Position numbers and translations under genes: made by a program. Positions 14,458-29,396 of a stretch of 64,000 nucleotides of DNA are shown one piece after another. The DNA comes from Paramecium tetraurelia (taxonomy: Eukaryota), in the NCBI GenBank assembly GCA_000165425.1, contig CT868067.1, forward strand, positions 62,001 to 126,000, given 5' to 3'. Every line of letters begins with the position of its first letter. Positions within the stretch are counted from its first letter, which is position 1. The notes under the pieces were generated by a model, which was given only the letters and a program-made list of their open reading frames with translations, searched no databases and had not been told where the DNA came from.

Positions 14458-15277
14458 TCAAATCATTCTCTTAACAAGATCATTGATGAGATCTTCTCTA
14501 TTTCCCCAATCTCCTTGATTAATGAAGGATTTTCTCTTAGCAATGAATCCACCTCTTGGTCCTCTCAATTTGAATGCCCTAAGATTGGAATAGATAATTA
14601 CCATAAGAATCTATTTGCTTCTTTGAAGTGAGGTCCTACAGTTGTAATTTCATGGATGAGATCTTCAACGCTGTGAATGCCGACTTTTCCTAATTATTGC
14701 TCAATCACATTATTATTTGTGATTGGGATTCTTTGACCATTAATTTTGGCATATCCTCTCTTGTAAATCAGATTCTTGATGACAGCTCTTGATGGATATC
14801 CATAGGTGACATATGGCTCGACTTTTCTGATCATTTCAATTGTGGCCTTGTTGACTCTGACAAAGGCTGCATTGTGAAGTTATCTCAATTTTAAAAGTCT
14901 CAAGGTTTATCTGACCTGTGGATTCAAGGTGTTGATACTGTAATTACTTAAATTAATAATACCCTCTGATTCTGACCACCAAAATCAATTTAGCTTCAGC
15001 TGGGACATAGAATCCACCTTCAGTCTTAGCTTTACGTAAGTTATCAACTAAGCTCTTGTCTGCAGCCTTGTACTCAGCTTCATAAGCTTGAGCAGTCTTT
15101 TCCCATTAAGCTCTTCTGGTTTTGTTGGCAGCCAATCTCTCTGTTCTTCTCTTAGCAACAGCATCCCTCAATTTAGAATCTCTTTAAGTCTTTTTGGCGA
15201 CGTTCTCAGGAACCTTTTATCTACACCATCAATACAATAACTTACTCAACTTGTATTTTTTGCTTCTTTTGGGACAT
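14458..15277 (-). CDS. RPL7: 60S ribosomal protein L7 (uL30)
   Basis: [56 protein letters not shown]; three short introns. Confidence 0.97.
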
Positions 15278-15481
15278 TTTAAACAAAATAAAATCTTAAA
15301 TTTTAAAATCAAATCAACTAAAACACATTCTTCTTAATCTATTCTCAATTTATACAACAAATCTCAATACATACTAAATTTGACAGAATTCAGATCGGCA
15401 AGGTAAACATTTGAGTGTCACCTCCACTCCCTATATTCAACAATAAATGAAAAAAATAATCTAAAAGTAAATAATAAATAT

Positions 15482-16925
15482 TCACAAGGCTTTTGCTTGT
15501 GTCTCAAGTCACAAGTTTCTCACTTGAGGGATTTCCTCTTGAGGCTTGGACTTGGATTTGGAGTTTTATTTGGTTTCTATGAACCTATAGGACTTAAACG
15601 ATAATTTGAGTTTCTCGTTGACGAGGCAGTTCTCATTGGCTTTAAAAATTGGCTATGCGAGGAAGCCAAGGTTTCTCTTGTTGAAGGGAGAAACAATTAC
15701 GCCTACTTAATCTAAGGCTCTTTGATTCGAATTCTGTATTTCTCAGTGACTATTTTTTCCTATTTGAACCATTAGTGATTCATGGCTTCTTTCACTGTGG
15801 GTCTGAGTTCCTTAACTTCAAATAAGGATTTCAAAAAGAGTAACCCTTACTCACTTACTTTCAACTTACTTACATCCACCTAACCCTAATAATTCTTGGT
15901 TATGGTTTCATTGTAGTCACCTGCAAATGGTTCCTCTCCACAAATTATAATATACATTATTACGCCCACACTAAAGACATCCACTTTAAAATCATAGAAT
16001 TCATCCCTCAAAATTTCAGGGGCTACAAACCCAGGTGTTCCACATCTTTAAAATAAGTATTTCCCATCCTTATTAAAATAGTCTGCCAAACCAAAATCAG
16101 CTACGCAAAATTAAGACAGACTTTATTTTCTTAGGATGATATTTTTTGGTTTGAGATCTCTATGCATAATGCCAAATTTATGAAATGACAAAATAGCCTT
16201 AAATAGTCTATATATGAAACTAGCTAACTATTTTTCACTGAGAAATGAGTTCGGCTATTTTAAGTAGTCGTACAGATCTCCTCCTTCCAGCAATTCCATC
16301 ACAACATATATGGTGTCTTCGTTCTCAAAAACTTCATAGAGGTGAACTACATTTTCATGTTGGACTTGACGCAAGATGGATATTTCTTTTAAAAGAGCTA
16401 TCTTGTCTAATCGATTTGTTAATTTGTGTTTGGAATATTATTTAACAGCAAATTTTTCATCTCCCAATTGGTATCTACAGCTGTAAACCTGAATAAAATT
16501 TAGTAGTACTTCTGCTTGATTTCCCTTGCCTATCTTTTCCAATATTTTGTACGTATTTGAGAACCCTTGTTGGATGCACCATCTTTTCATATAATTGAAC
16601 CAGATTTCTGTTTCTCCATATAGAATAAGAGTCTCTCCTTTAGTTAGAGAGATCCCATCTCCAAGCATTTTGTCTCGCACCACCTCTATCAACGAGTTTT
16701 CATAATTTATCCATTTGATGGTACCCTAAATATATTTAAGAATACTTTTTTTGTGTAACAACCTAAAATATTTTGTATCAAAATGTATTTTTTTATTTTA
16801 CAAGTGTTGGTACCCGATTTAATAAATTCTCCATCCAGAGCTCCATTTTTCGAGAAGACTGGCATTGGCAGATAACTCCACACGAGTTTTGTTTTCGTGC
16901 TTTGAAATATTGATTCTTTAAACAT
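15482..16925 (-). CDS. CaMK-like Ser/Thr kinase with N-terminal PH-like region
   Basis: IGKGNQAEV, FAVK, HRDLKPKN, ADFG, RCGTPGFVAPE. Confidence 0.9.
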
Positions 16926-17254
16926 ATAATATTTTTTATTTACTGAATATTTATTGCTTAAAATATGTTGATTCAAATAATTTATAGTTCCTATTTAAAT
17001 ATTATAATTTAGGTTATGAATTAAGTGGCGAAGTTTTTTTTATAAATGATGATCTAAGATGGGTTACTTACTTTGAGATTTAAAATTATGGAAAAGGAGA
17101 CGTTGCATTTCAGACTCTAAGTCAACACGATAAGAATTGAATAGAAACGATTGATAAAGATTTGAATAATAAATTGTTTAATTAATAATGGTTTATTGCT
17201 CTCAATTTTATAATTGAGAAATCGTATGATATTACTATGTATAATAATATTAAA

Positions 17255-20200
17255 ATGAAAAAGTTTACAATAATTCTAATTATTGTTTGTCTGCAACTTA
17301 GTAGTTGCGAGTAGTGTTCTGATTACTTTTAGGATGAAACCGGATGTATTCAGAGCACTGGAATTTCTTGCAGGTGGATTGAGTAGAGTAACCAGTGTCA
17401 AGAATCAACAGGAACTTTGATTGGATGCCAGAATTATTTAAATTAGCAAGCCTGTATTTCATAGAAGGTGTACCCTGATAAAACAATAGCGGAATGTATT
17501 AGATTAGTAGTATTCATCTAGGTATTTTCAGTGGATATTGCAGAAGTGTTGTCGATGATGCTTCAGAGTGTTAGAAAAATTTATCTAGAGCTGGGTGTTT
17601 GGGAGTCGAGGAAGCTTATTGTACTTGGAAGGATCAATGCATTGCGATCTCACAAAGTCAAGCAGTTATATTAGGTTAGGCAACTTCATTAACTGATGAT
17701 TTGAAACTGTCATCAATTGCAGTATGTCAATTAATTATTAATTTCCCAGGTATTAATTGAAATTGAAATTAGCTATTCATTAGCATGGGGCACATGAATC
17801 TTTGACTAAGTTATATTTTGAGAACTTAACATCATCAGGTGGTGAGAATGAGTACGAATAACAAATGTTGATTCCAGGATGTTTTTAGCCAGTTACTAGT
17901 ATCTATAGGGAAGTAAAGTGTGATGCATAAGGATTGAATTCATTAAGCTGCATGCTGATTGAAACGGAACCTTGCATATTTTAAGAGGGAAATTGTAAAA
18001 AGGTGTATAATTTCTTTACTTTAAATTGCAGCGATAAGTTAAATAAAATAGCATGCTTATCAGTTGAAAACTTGGAGGAAACTTGTTATTGGGCTGGCAA
18101 TTAATGTACAAAATATTTAGTAACCACAACTACACCTTGTAATATATCAATATAAGTAAGAATATTATCAATTTAAATAGGTTTCTCCTAGTTTTTGCGC
18201 AAATATAACTAATGGAGGCGAATCATGTTTTTATGATAAATCAACAATGAAGTGTGATTAGATGTGTAAGTCTGCTAGCTTAACCACCTCTACGAAATGC
18301 GAATTATCAAAATATGAATGTGCATGGCGTGATTATGGGGTTGGATATTGTAAATTCAAAAAAAATCAATGTGATAGGCAAGGATAGAATTACACCTCAT
18401 GTATGGAGGCAGATGAATACTGTCTCTTTGATGATGGACTATGCCAATCTATATAGGATTTGAACCTCCGGGGGTGTGCTGGTGGATTAAATAAATAGGC
18501 TTGTATAAACTTGAAGAATCCAAGTTAAGTCTGTTAATTTTTGGATAATAGATGCATGGAAATCTTTACAACCCCAGAAGATCTACCATATTAATTATGG
18601 GATGTGAATCAGAATGCTTGTAAAAAAATAACAACAACTGCCAGTTACTGGAATAACGGTTCCTGTTTAGATGGCAAAGGGAATGAAGAATGTACAATCC
18701 AAGGTTACAACAAGTTGGGATGTCTTAATACAATTAACACAGTGGCACCTTGTCAATGGAATGGAGATTCAGGAAGTTGTCAGGCAATAACGATAACTAG
18801 AGAGACTAAATGTGAATCACTAAAATTGGTAAATGCTGTTGCTTGTAGATCAGTTTAAGAAGAGGATACTAGTGGCAATCCTGTGTTGTGTAAATACAAT
18901 ATAAATTCTACTGCTTGTGAAAAGGTCACAGTACTCTCCTCAATTAATTGTGAAACAGAAGGCTTAAATGAAGCTGCATGCAGTTCAGTTCCTGATCCAT
19001 TGTAAAGTTGTAGATGGTCTTCAAATTAATGTATGAAAGTAACGAGTTTGGGGAATGCAGTCACCTGCTAGGCTCTATAATCAGTGACTCAAAGAACTTG
19101 CGCAATGATCTAATCCAATAATTAGAGATGTGTTTATGACTCATCAAGGAAGAGTTGTACAACCCAAGTCCCACCATCAACAGCTTGTACTGCTGCAGGA
19201 TTGAATCCTTACGGTTGTGCATTTGTAAGTTCAAAATGCCATTTTGATTCTACCACTAATCAATGCAAATCTACTTAGGATTCCGATTATGCAACAATTA
19301 GTTGTGACACGAATTTCCCATCAAAAAGCACTTGTGTCTTAATAACAAAGGCTAATCAATATTGCAGATGGTTAGGAAAGGACAATGTTTGTGAATTATT
19401 TAGTTTTCCTGCCTCTGATTAGTGTACTAAGTATTCGAATGTCAACAAATTATTTTGTTTGGCTTTTGAAGTGCCTTTAACAAGATATATCAGTTCCAGT
19501 TACTACTGTTCCTTCGATTCAGGAACAAGTTCGTGTACTGAATATACAAACCTTGCTGCATGGGCAGATTGTGGATCATCATTAGATATCAATCTACATG
19601 CTTGTGTAGGTCTCTCTAATACTAGTAAATATTGTTATTTTGATCAAACAACATTGAAATGCACAGAAATCACGGATCCCAATGATTCCAAGTTTTCGTC
19701 TTTGCTCTGTAAATAAGCTAATAAAAAGTTGTGTTTGAGTTTATTAACAACTGGACAGTATTGCGAATGGGTGGATTCAGAGAAAAAGTGTTAACCAATA
19801 AAATCAGGTCAATCATGTTCCGATTATGTGTCCTTGACAGTCAATCCAACTCTGTGTGCCAGCACCTTCTCTTTTGAAGCATGTGTGTCTAATTTTGCTG
19901 ATAGTCACTGTAAAGTTTTGCTAGCTAGTGAGACGTCTTATGGTTGTCTTGAAAAGGGGTTGAATCGGAAGGCATGTTTAGAGAACACCAACGGTGCTTG
20001 CTATTACGATACTGATAAATTGCTTTGTTTAGAAATGACTGGAACATTAGCATATTAAGTGTACTGTTATAGTTACGTGAACAAATTAGGCTGTTTGGCT
20101 ACATTGCAAGCTCCTTGTAAATGGGCTGATAACTCTTGCTAATACGTTTATGATCTAGATCCCTTTAATTCAGCCTGCACTGACTTATCAACCTAACTTT

Positions 20201-23200
20201 ATAACCCCAAAGTTTGCTAGATGATTTAAACCGATTCTCAATATTGCCAATATGACTCAACAACTTTCCATTGCAAGGATTTCTCAGACTTTGTCTAAGA
20301 TTGCAAACCTGGATACAATTATTTAACTTGCAGTTTGAATTCCTTGTGTCAATGGGATTCAAGCACAGAAAGTTGTTAACCCAGTAGCTCTGGAGCAGAT
20401 TTATGCAAGGATCAAACGAATGAGACTAATTGTCTAGCCGTCACAAATGATTTGTGTTCTTGGACTACTTCAGGAAAGTGTAAGAAGATTGTCATCACTA
20501 GCTATACTTAATGCAGTTAGGTAGGTACAGCCTAAGGCAAGTTCGTGAAGAAGATATGCCAGTAAATCTTTTTCGGAACCGAAGCTTGCCAATATGATAG
20601 TGCCAGCAAGGCTTGTGTGACAGTAACAACTACAAACAACCAATGCAGTTCAATAGGTCTGAACAGGAAAGCTTGTCTTAGCAATACAATCGGATATAAA
20701 TGCAGATTTGAATCAGATTCAACCAAAGATGATTATGGATGCTAAGAAATCAGCGATTTTTCAAGTCAAGGCTGTTCTGACAGTTTAGATAGCGAGGCTT
20801 GTGCATCCGTTACTATTTCTTAATGTGCATACGACTTGACTAGAGATATTTGTGAGGATTACTCACAATTCTATTTGGCCTACTATTACACCTGTGCTTA
20901 ATTCAGCACTGGCTATGTAGTTTCAATAAACTTATGCAAGTATCTTACTGATGTTGCATGCATCTATGATGCCGCAACTTTCACATGTAAAACAACTAAT
21001 GCACTATTGAATCTATGCTCTACAAATACAACCATTAATTCGGTGTATTGCTTAACCTAAATTAAGGATTAAACATGCGCCTTTGATCCATATTATGGCT
21101 ACTTTTGTTATCAAACTGATACGTCCTATTGGTCTTGTAGTGATTGTTTATCCTTTAAGTAATGTGTCACTAGCAGATATTAAATATGCAAATGGTAGGA
21201 TAACTTATGTCAGGAAATTACTGTTGATGATGTACCGTGTACTGATTTGACAAACATCAATTCAAAAGCCTGCATGAGTGTTACTGGGGATGCAAAATGC
21301 TAGTTCAAGTATGATTCAGTAGCATAAACAACATCTTGCGTAACTCCTTTGGATGACACTTAGCTTTGTCCAGGATTGAATGAAGCAGCCTGTGTTGCCA
21401 ACACAATCTAATCCTGTTTCTTTTATTAGAAATAATGTTATAGCAGTTTTTCTGATCCTTACTTAGCTAGTTGCACAGAGGAATTTTCTTTTAATTATCG
21501 AGGTTGTGTGAGAATTATGAATTCAGATCAAAAATGCAAATGGGACACCACTCTTAAAAAATGTATTTCAATATCGATTTCACCTACCGATACTTGCACT
21601 ACTTATGCAGATTCTAATTATTCAGCAACTATTTGTGCCTCAATTTAGAGTGGAAATTGTATTTGGGATAACGGATGCAAAGTAGACGTGGCTCTTAGTT
21701 GTGATACTAACGGAGCAAATAAAGGAGCGTGCATAAATGCAACAACAGGGAGTTGCGTATTTTCAGAAGGAGTTTGCATAGATGTGACTATTCCATCAGC
21801 TTTAGTGAAAAACTCATGTACAGATCCTTCAAATTAGTCAGGATGTCTGAACATGAATTTAGGATAAACCTGTAAATGGACGGGAACCACATGTCAAGAG
21901 ATCAGCGTAACTGGTGGTTGCACCTCGTATACTAATGTGAATCCAGGAGTATGCTAAAAAGTCACCGATGTAGCATGTAAATGGACATCTTCCAATTGTA
22001 CTGTGGCTATAATGAAAGGAGTATGCAGTTAAGCAGGATTGAACAAAATAGCATGTTTGAAACTCACCTCAGAAGTTTGTTATTTCAAAAGCAAAACCAA
22101 TACTTGCACTCAGATTACTTAGTAGACTTTGAACGAATTGGAATGCACTGACAATCTCAATGAATAGGCATGTCTAGCTCATTAAAAGAAATGTTGTAAA
22201 TGGAATTTAGATACGGGAACATGCTAGGATTCAACAGCAGGTTCAAGTTGTGCTTCACTGATGAATAACTCACCTTATTGTTGTTAGATTTTGACTGGAT
22301 AAGCTTGTAAGATGGGACCATTATATTGTTAAGAATTAGCATCCTTATAATCCTAGTGTTCGGATGCATACAACAAAGAGGCTTGTTAGTGGATTAGTTC
22401 ACCGTGTAGGTGGGATGATACGTTAATGAATTGCATATAGGTCAACAAGAATTATGGATGCAAACCTGATTTGAATGTAACAGGATGTGTGAACCAATCA
22501 GTTCATTGTAAATATTTAGATAAAACATGCATGGCAGCCAGCACTTCGGATACTTGTGCAGATCTATATAATTCCTCATTATCTTCAACAAAATGTTTGT
22601 AAATAACAAATAGCAGGTGTTTGGTCATTAATAATGGGTGCGCAGTTCCTCCTTACAATATAAAGTGCACTGAAAACATGAATAAACTTGCATGTTTGGA
22701 TAACGTTAATTACTGCGTTTGGAATGAAACCACTAATAGTTGCAATGGAAAGAGAGTACTCACTGCCTCAACAACTTGCGCAACTGGTGTTGTCAGTAGA
22801 GGGTTATGTGCATTCTCGAAAGTGCAATGCAAATCTGAGTATGATTATTCGTGCAGCACTTTTACTAATATTGATGATTCTAATATCACTTGTGATGAAA
22901 GGAATGCTGTTCTTCCATCTAACTCTTCCTAATGTTTGGCTCTGGATAATGTCATTTGTCAATATGACTCAACCTAACAGAGATGCACATCCAAGATATT
23001 TGGTTCTGTTTGCACTTCCATTGTTACCAAAAAAGGCTGTATCTACATAGAGAATAATTGTTATTGGTCCTCCAACTTGTGTTTGCAATACAGTTCAGAC
23101 AAGTACTTTAACACATGCGAATAAATATACACAAAGTATCAGTGTTTAATCAATATCAATACAGCCTGCTAATGGTTTGAAGAATATTCCCAATGTAGAA

Positions 23201-25816
23201 CCTACAAGGGATTTGCAGTCACTTGTGAAGAACACACTGAAACAGAAATCTCCCCAGGAATATGCTTTTATTTCTCATCTGATTATTGTGGTCATGATGG
23301 GAAAAAATGTAAAAAGGATGTAGCTTAATCGGTTTGTGCTAATTCAAAGAGTCCTCTAGGATGTCAAGCGAATACAGCTGGAAATTGTTTTTGGAGAATC
23401 AATACAGGCAAATGCGAAGCCTTAACCGATTCTAAACTTGCTTAAGTCATGACTTGTGTCGAATTGAAGTATTCCAAAAAAGAATTTTGCTTAGCCCCCA
23501 TTATAGAAGGATAGACATGTCATTGGAAAGACGACCTGTGTTAAAGTGCAAATATCGAATTCATCTCTTGCACCGATGATCTATCCTTGGATGGATGCAG
23601 AGCAGTTGCAATGTGGGGGGATTGTGTTTTCAAAGACAAATGTTAAGATGCAGACATTAATAATATTAAATGTACCGATTATATCAATATAAATTCCTGT
23701 TTACACCTGACATAAGATGGCCAATACTGTAAATGGTTGGGATAAAGATGCTATTCCTTAGAAAGTGAAGATGGCTTTGAATTATCCAGTCACATACTGA
23801 TCAACGCCAATGTCTGTCGAAAAGCCTACACTAAATCAGGTGCTCCAGATGCTACTCTTAAGAATATTGGTGTTCGCTATGATCCATTAAACTATGTATG
23901 TCAATTATCAGATCCAGAAAAAGATTTATGCAGCACTCCAGGTTTGAATTACTATTCATGTTTGTCCACCTAAGCTGATGCTTGTGATTGGACTGGTAGC
24001 AAGTGCAAACTCTTCGATTTCGGTGTAACATTCACCCAATGCGATCAATATATATCTGTATCTCCAAAGGTTTGTGCTTCAATTAATACATCAAACTTAA
24101 AATGCCAACATAATTCAACCACTTTAAATTGCGAAAACTTCTCTGAAACCACTGAAATCTTTGTTAAAAATAAGGATGATGTATATGTAAACACTAAAAA
24201 GGGGATGAATCGATTGGCTTGCATTAGTGTTCTTAAATAGCCTACCATTTGGGCCAGTGGAAGATGCGAATACAATCTTGTTAAAGTAGGCTTAATAACC
24301 TGCAACGAATTGATAGATGTCAATCCCAAGTCTTGTGCATAAATTGACAAGGACAATGTCACTTGCAAATATTTCAAAGAAGGAACTTGTACTGCATATT
24401 TTGACCCATAATTTGATAAGTGCACTACACCTGGCTTAAATAAAGTAGGTTGTGTTTCTATTGAAACTGAGTAGTGTCGCTTTTCTGAGGGATCTTGCTC
24501 AAAATACGAAATTTCAAATATCATCAAATGCAATGAGATGAAAAATGTGAATGCCCTAGTCTGCAAAAATATCATAAATCAACGTTGCAAATTCAGTTTT
24601 GTCAATAGAGGATGTGTCTAATCATATTCAAATGATAAATGTTCATACAGTGGACTCAATCAATTCGGATGTAATAGAACCACCTAATGTCAATGGATTG
24701 ATGATCGATGCTTCTGTAAAGGAGAGGTTTCATCACTCCAATTAATAGATTGCTCCAAATTCACTTCTGAACTTTGTCCAAACTACAAATAGTGCATTTT
24801 TGACAAACTTACCAGTCTCTGTCGAAACAGGAGATGCAGTGATCTTGCTGTTGCCTCTTGTTCGGGGACTATAGCCAAATCAATTTGTTATGTTAATCTC
24901 TTTAAATGCAGTTCTGCCTCTAAGTGTTCTGAACTATTCAATGTAGATTGTAGTCTTTATACTATCGCTGGTAAAAAATGTGCTGACGATCTATAGAATG
25001 AAAATCATTGCATTGATTAAGGATGTCAGCATTTCAATGAAGACTAATGCACTGGTAACTGCCAATGGTCATACGCTTAATGTGTGCTCAAAGAGTGCAC
25101 ATACATGAATAAAGACAAGTGCACTGGTATCATGAATAATAAGCAATGTTATTGGGATGGTACTTATTGTTAGGCCCTTAGTTCCTGTAAAGAATATATT
25201 ACATATTCCAAATTAACTGATACAACCCTGTAACAATAGTTGTGTACTTCTTCAATGTTTCTTAATAAGAGATGCAGATGGGAACTCGTTGAACCTTTTG
25301 GAACTGAATTTTAATGCACATCCAAATTGTGTTCTGATTAAGGTACCAGTTCATCAACTTGCCATGGATTTGAGGCTCAATCAGAGGTATGTGTATTATT
25401 ACCGGACTTTACTTGTGTGGCTTGCTCAGAAATTACAGACTCTTGTACCTGTTTAAATATGAATGGTTACTGTTACTACAGTGAATCCAAGGGATGCATC
25501 TCAAATCTGTGTAGCGATCTGGATGAAGCTTCTTGTGGTATTATCATTGTTAAACATATTTATAGCATCAAATTCATAGAGATGCACATTTATTAACAAA
25601 TAATGTAAACCATCCTGTGGTAAATTGAGAAGTGTTGAGTGTACTGTAAGGTAACAGTCGAGTGAGTGTCATTGGAACAGTAATGTTCTGAGATGTCTTG
25701 ATGGTGCACCTCCGAGTGTCAATCTAAACACCATGGAGGAAGTGATAGTCATAGAGAGCTCGATTTCTAAGATTAACTAAGTGATCATCATGCTAATAAT
25801 GATATATATTAATTGA
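17255..25816 (+). CDS. Giant (~2800 aa) cysteine-rich surface protein with signal peptide and hydrophobic C-terminus
   Basis: Signal peptide MKKFTIILIIVCLQLSSC; dozens of repeats with CxW and GLNxxxC motifs; introns near 17750, 18156 and 25538; C-terminus VIIMLIMIYIN then TGA 25814-25816. Confidence 0.9.
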
Positions 25817-25892
25817 TATTATTATATCATTATTATTATTGAGAGGGATGAGAGGTACTTTTAGTTTTAATAAACCAATTTAATTATAAATA

Positions 25893-26809
25893 TCACTTGT
25901 TCTTCTTAATTGTTTCAGAGATCTTTTTCTTGACTCGCTTAAACCTTATTGCTATTACACACAAAATAATGAACAGAAAGATAATTATGATTACTAGAAT
26001 TATCATAATCATATATTGAACATAATATGGATAATTATTTGGAATTATCTATTCATAAATCTTAATTCTACTTAAATATTGAAATCTATATTAAAGTATA
26101 TTTCAGGTTTGGTTATATTTTGGAATTGCTAAACGCAACTTATATTTCTCATTATGTTACAAAAGTTTATAAAGTTTTGATCTCCATTGTCAATGACTAT
26201 TTCTGAACTAGCATCTTAGCAATTTCTTATTGTTACATTGCAATCGTTAAGATTTGGAAACGCCGTATTATCTAGTATCATATAAGAGGCAGCATTCTAA
26301 TAATATTGGTATGATGTATTTGCTATGATAAATGAGCCTAATTGATCACTCTAACAACCCAAAAAACATATAGAATTCATATTAGTTGCATTAACGATTT
26401 GGTTCTAATAATTCAACTGAACCCCCATGACTGCTTGCATAAAGATTGACACTAAATATTGAAATTCAATCTAATTTCTAGGACAAGGCTGACATATATT
26501 TTATACCATTTCTTAACATATGTTCCCTGATCTCTCTGAAAAATGAATATAACAGACATAAAATTCATTGTAAGGAGAGTCGAAGACAAAAAAATCGAAC
26601 TCATTCTTTGTTGGAGAACCTATTGTCAAATTTATAGTCGCCTTCCCATCTATAATTGGATATTGATTGTTCGATCCCATTCCAAAAGTATTCGGAATTA
26701 TTTGCATAAATTGTCCATATTTTATACTCGTATCAATCGTTGAATTAAAACGAACGTAGTCTTCATTTTGACTTGCAAAAGCAATCGAAAAATATAACAA
26801 AAACAACAT
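25893..26809 (-). CDS. Type I single-pass membrane protein, unknown function
   Basis: Signal peptide MLFLLYFSIAFA; Cys-containing ectodomain; TM MIMIILVIIIIFLFIILCVIAI followed by RFKRVKKK; one 23-nt intron. Confidence 0.8.
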
Positions 26810-27070
26810 TAATTAAACTCATTAACGAAAGAAAAGTATTGTTCTATTTTATCATATTCTGACGTATACTACTTCATAATGCAGATAAAGATGGAACATA
26901 AACTAGAACACCCTCAGAACCATGTTCCTGCATTTTCTTTAAATGATTACTTACATTATAGAATAGAAATAATGAAATTCTTAATATCATTAGGGATTTT
27001 CTAATTGATTTAATTACATTACAGATTATAATATAGAATTTAATGAAAGTATATAACAAATAAGTATTAT

Positions 27071-28838
27071 TCATTCAAATTATATGAGTTCTAATTTAGT
27101 GTCAATCTTAGGAGATATGATTTATTGTTCTAAATTACTATCTTTAAAGTCAATAACTTAACAAACACCTTCAACTGACATCATTTAGCAGAACTCATCA
27201 AAGGATATCTTTTAATCATGATTTGGGTCTATCTCATAGATCATTTAATTCAATTTCTCATCAGTGAGTGATCTACCATGTCTAGCAAACACCTCCTGAA
27301 TGTTTTCCTTTGTGATATAATTCAAATTCTAATGGTCAAAGTATTTGAATAATGAGAGCAACTAAATTGACAAGATAGATATACTTTTTCTTTTGTAAGT
27401 ACTCTTCTTTCATCTATACAAGCAGTCAAGAAATCGCTGTATTTTATAACTAACGGTTTAAATGATTTTCCTGAAGAGCACTCCAGTGTCTCATCATCAT
27501 TGTCCATTCCTATAGTTATCATCAATTTCTTAACCTCATCATGGGATACTTGAGAACCCTACATAGAATTAATTAGTAAAGTACTTCACTCTATAATGCC
27601 TTCTCCAACTCATGATAGGTGATGGTACCAGAATTATCTTCGTCTATCTTTTAGAAGAGTCGTTTAAGATGTTCCAACTCTTTCTCATTCATTTGATTTA
27701 TCAAAATTTTCATCACTTCCTTTTTCAACCTCGCCCCAGTTCTATAATTTTTTAACATCTCATAAATGGATCTTCCATCTTCAAAATAATCTGTTGGAGC
27801 TATCTACTTTAAAGTGAGCACTTTGGTTTTGGATCTGCGTAGGTCTTTTTTTTTATTGACTTCCTCGAAGTTTAGACTAAACCAAGGATCCTTCAAGCAA
27901 TCTTTAGCCGTTGGCCTAATCATGGGGTTTTTGCATAGTAGTTTCCTCAGGAAGGTCTTGATTTCCCTTGACATATGATTCCAATGCCTTCTATCGAAAA
28001 TCAACTAACTTTTGTATATAAATTATTACATCCTAATTTTGAATGTGTTGAAATAATTCTTTTTTATTCGATGCATAAAATGGTGGATATCCACACAAGA
28101 TATAGAAGAGCATCACTCCGAAACTCCATATGTCACACTTGTCACTATAATATCCATCTATCACTTCAGGAGCAACATACAGGGGAGTTCCCACACAATT
28201 CAAAGTTTTCCTACTGAGATAGATCATAATGTAATACGTCTGCAGGGATTCATCTAATTTTATTGCCATTCCAAAATCAATTATTTTTGGTTCAGAATTT
28301 AAATCTTTTTTAGTAAATAAAATGTTCTCTGGTTTGATATCTCTATGAACTATCCCCTGTTCATGAATGTAAGCAATCGCCGACAATACCTTACTATAGA
28401 TTTGGTATAATGAACCTTGTATGCAATTTGTTGGGCCTATTTCTCAGTGAAGGCACTCTGATGCTTGGGGATTCGCTCAAGAAGTTCTCCTCCCTCACAA
28501 TACTCCATACAGATGTAGAAATATAGGTTGTTCTGGTATACTTCGTTAAATTTAATGATATTTGGATGATCTAATCTTTACAGAACATAAATCTCATTTG
28601 CTAATTACGTTTCCTTACCTGATACCCTCGATTTCTCTATCATTTTTATGGCGAAGAGTTTTTCGTTATTGGTCTTCATTTTAGCAACTAGAACCTTTCC
28701 GAAGACTCCCAGGCCCATCATTTTACCGAAATTATAGATTTTATGGATATCCGCGGTTGATGTGAAAATTATCACACCATTATTGGTTTTGATGGTTTGA
28801 ATCTTGTTGAGTTTATTTGAATTGATACAGCAACCCAT
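27071..28838 (-). CDS. Calcium-dependent protein kinase (CDPK)
   Basis: N-terminal MGCC acylation motif; GLGVFGKV, FAIK, HRDIKPEN, DFG, VGTPLYVAPE; C-terminal EF-hands (DEDNSGTIT, DPNHDQKISFDEF). Confidence 0.95.
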
Positions 28839-29396
28839 TTTATTTAATTAATAAGTGTATATACATTGAAATTAAGAGCATTAGAAAACAAAATGATTCG
28901 ATGTATTTTGATATTATATATTAATTAAATAATTTTTAAAACGAAACTTCTTATATAAAACAAACTAAAATCGCTAATCGATCCTTATCATTAAACATCC
29001 AACCAGATGAGAAGCTAAAGACTTACATCAGACCTGAAATCTCAATAGTTAAATAAAATAGTACAATATTTTATTAATTTTTATTAATGTTAATTATTTA
29101 ATAAATAAAAATAATATTGTTTGCAACTCAATCATTAGTTGATTCCCATCGAATCTCCTTTGATTCACTATTAAACGATGCCAATGGGTCATTAATTGAT
29201 TAAATTTTGAGATTCAACCCAAAAGTGAAATTACAAACAACAATCCCAAGAGTTGGTCTCAAAATTGCATTCAATCTATGACTCATGGATGCTATTACTA
29301 TTATCTACTTTAAATGACAATTTTGAGCTGATTATTCTGTCTCTCAGCAATAAAATCATGATATATTTAGTTTCTCTCAAATAACTTAGCATTACT

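Noticed and set aside
17046..17125. ATGATGA C-box-like motif suggesting a C/D snoRNA
   Set aside because: No CTGA D box or terminal stem at a suitable distance.
29128..29360. Small minus-strand ORFs upstream of the tRNA
   Set aside because: Two competing ~55-codon frames with no recognisable motif; neither can be supported.
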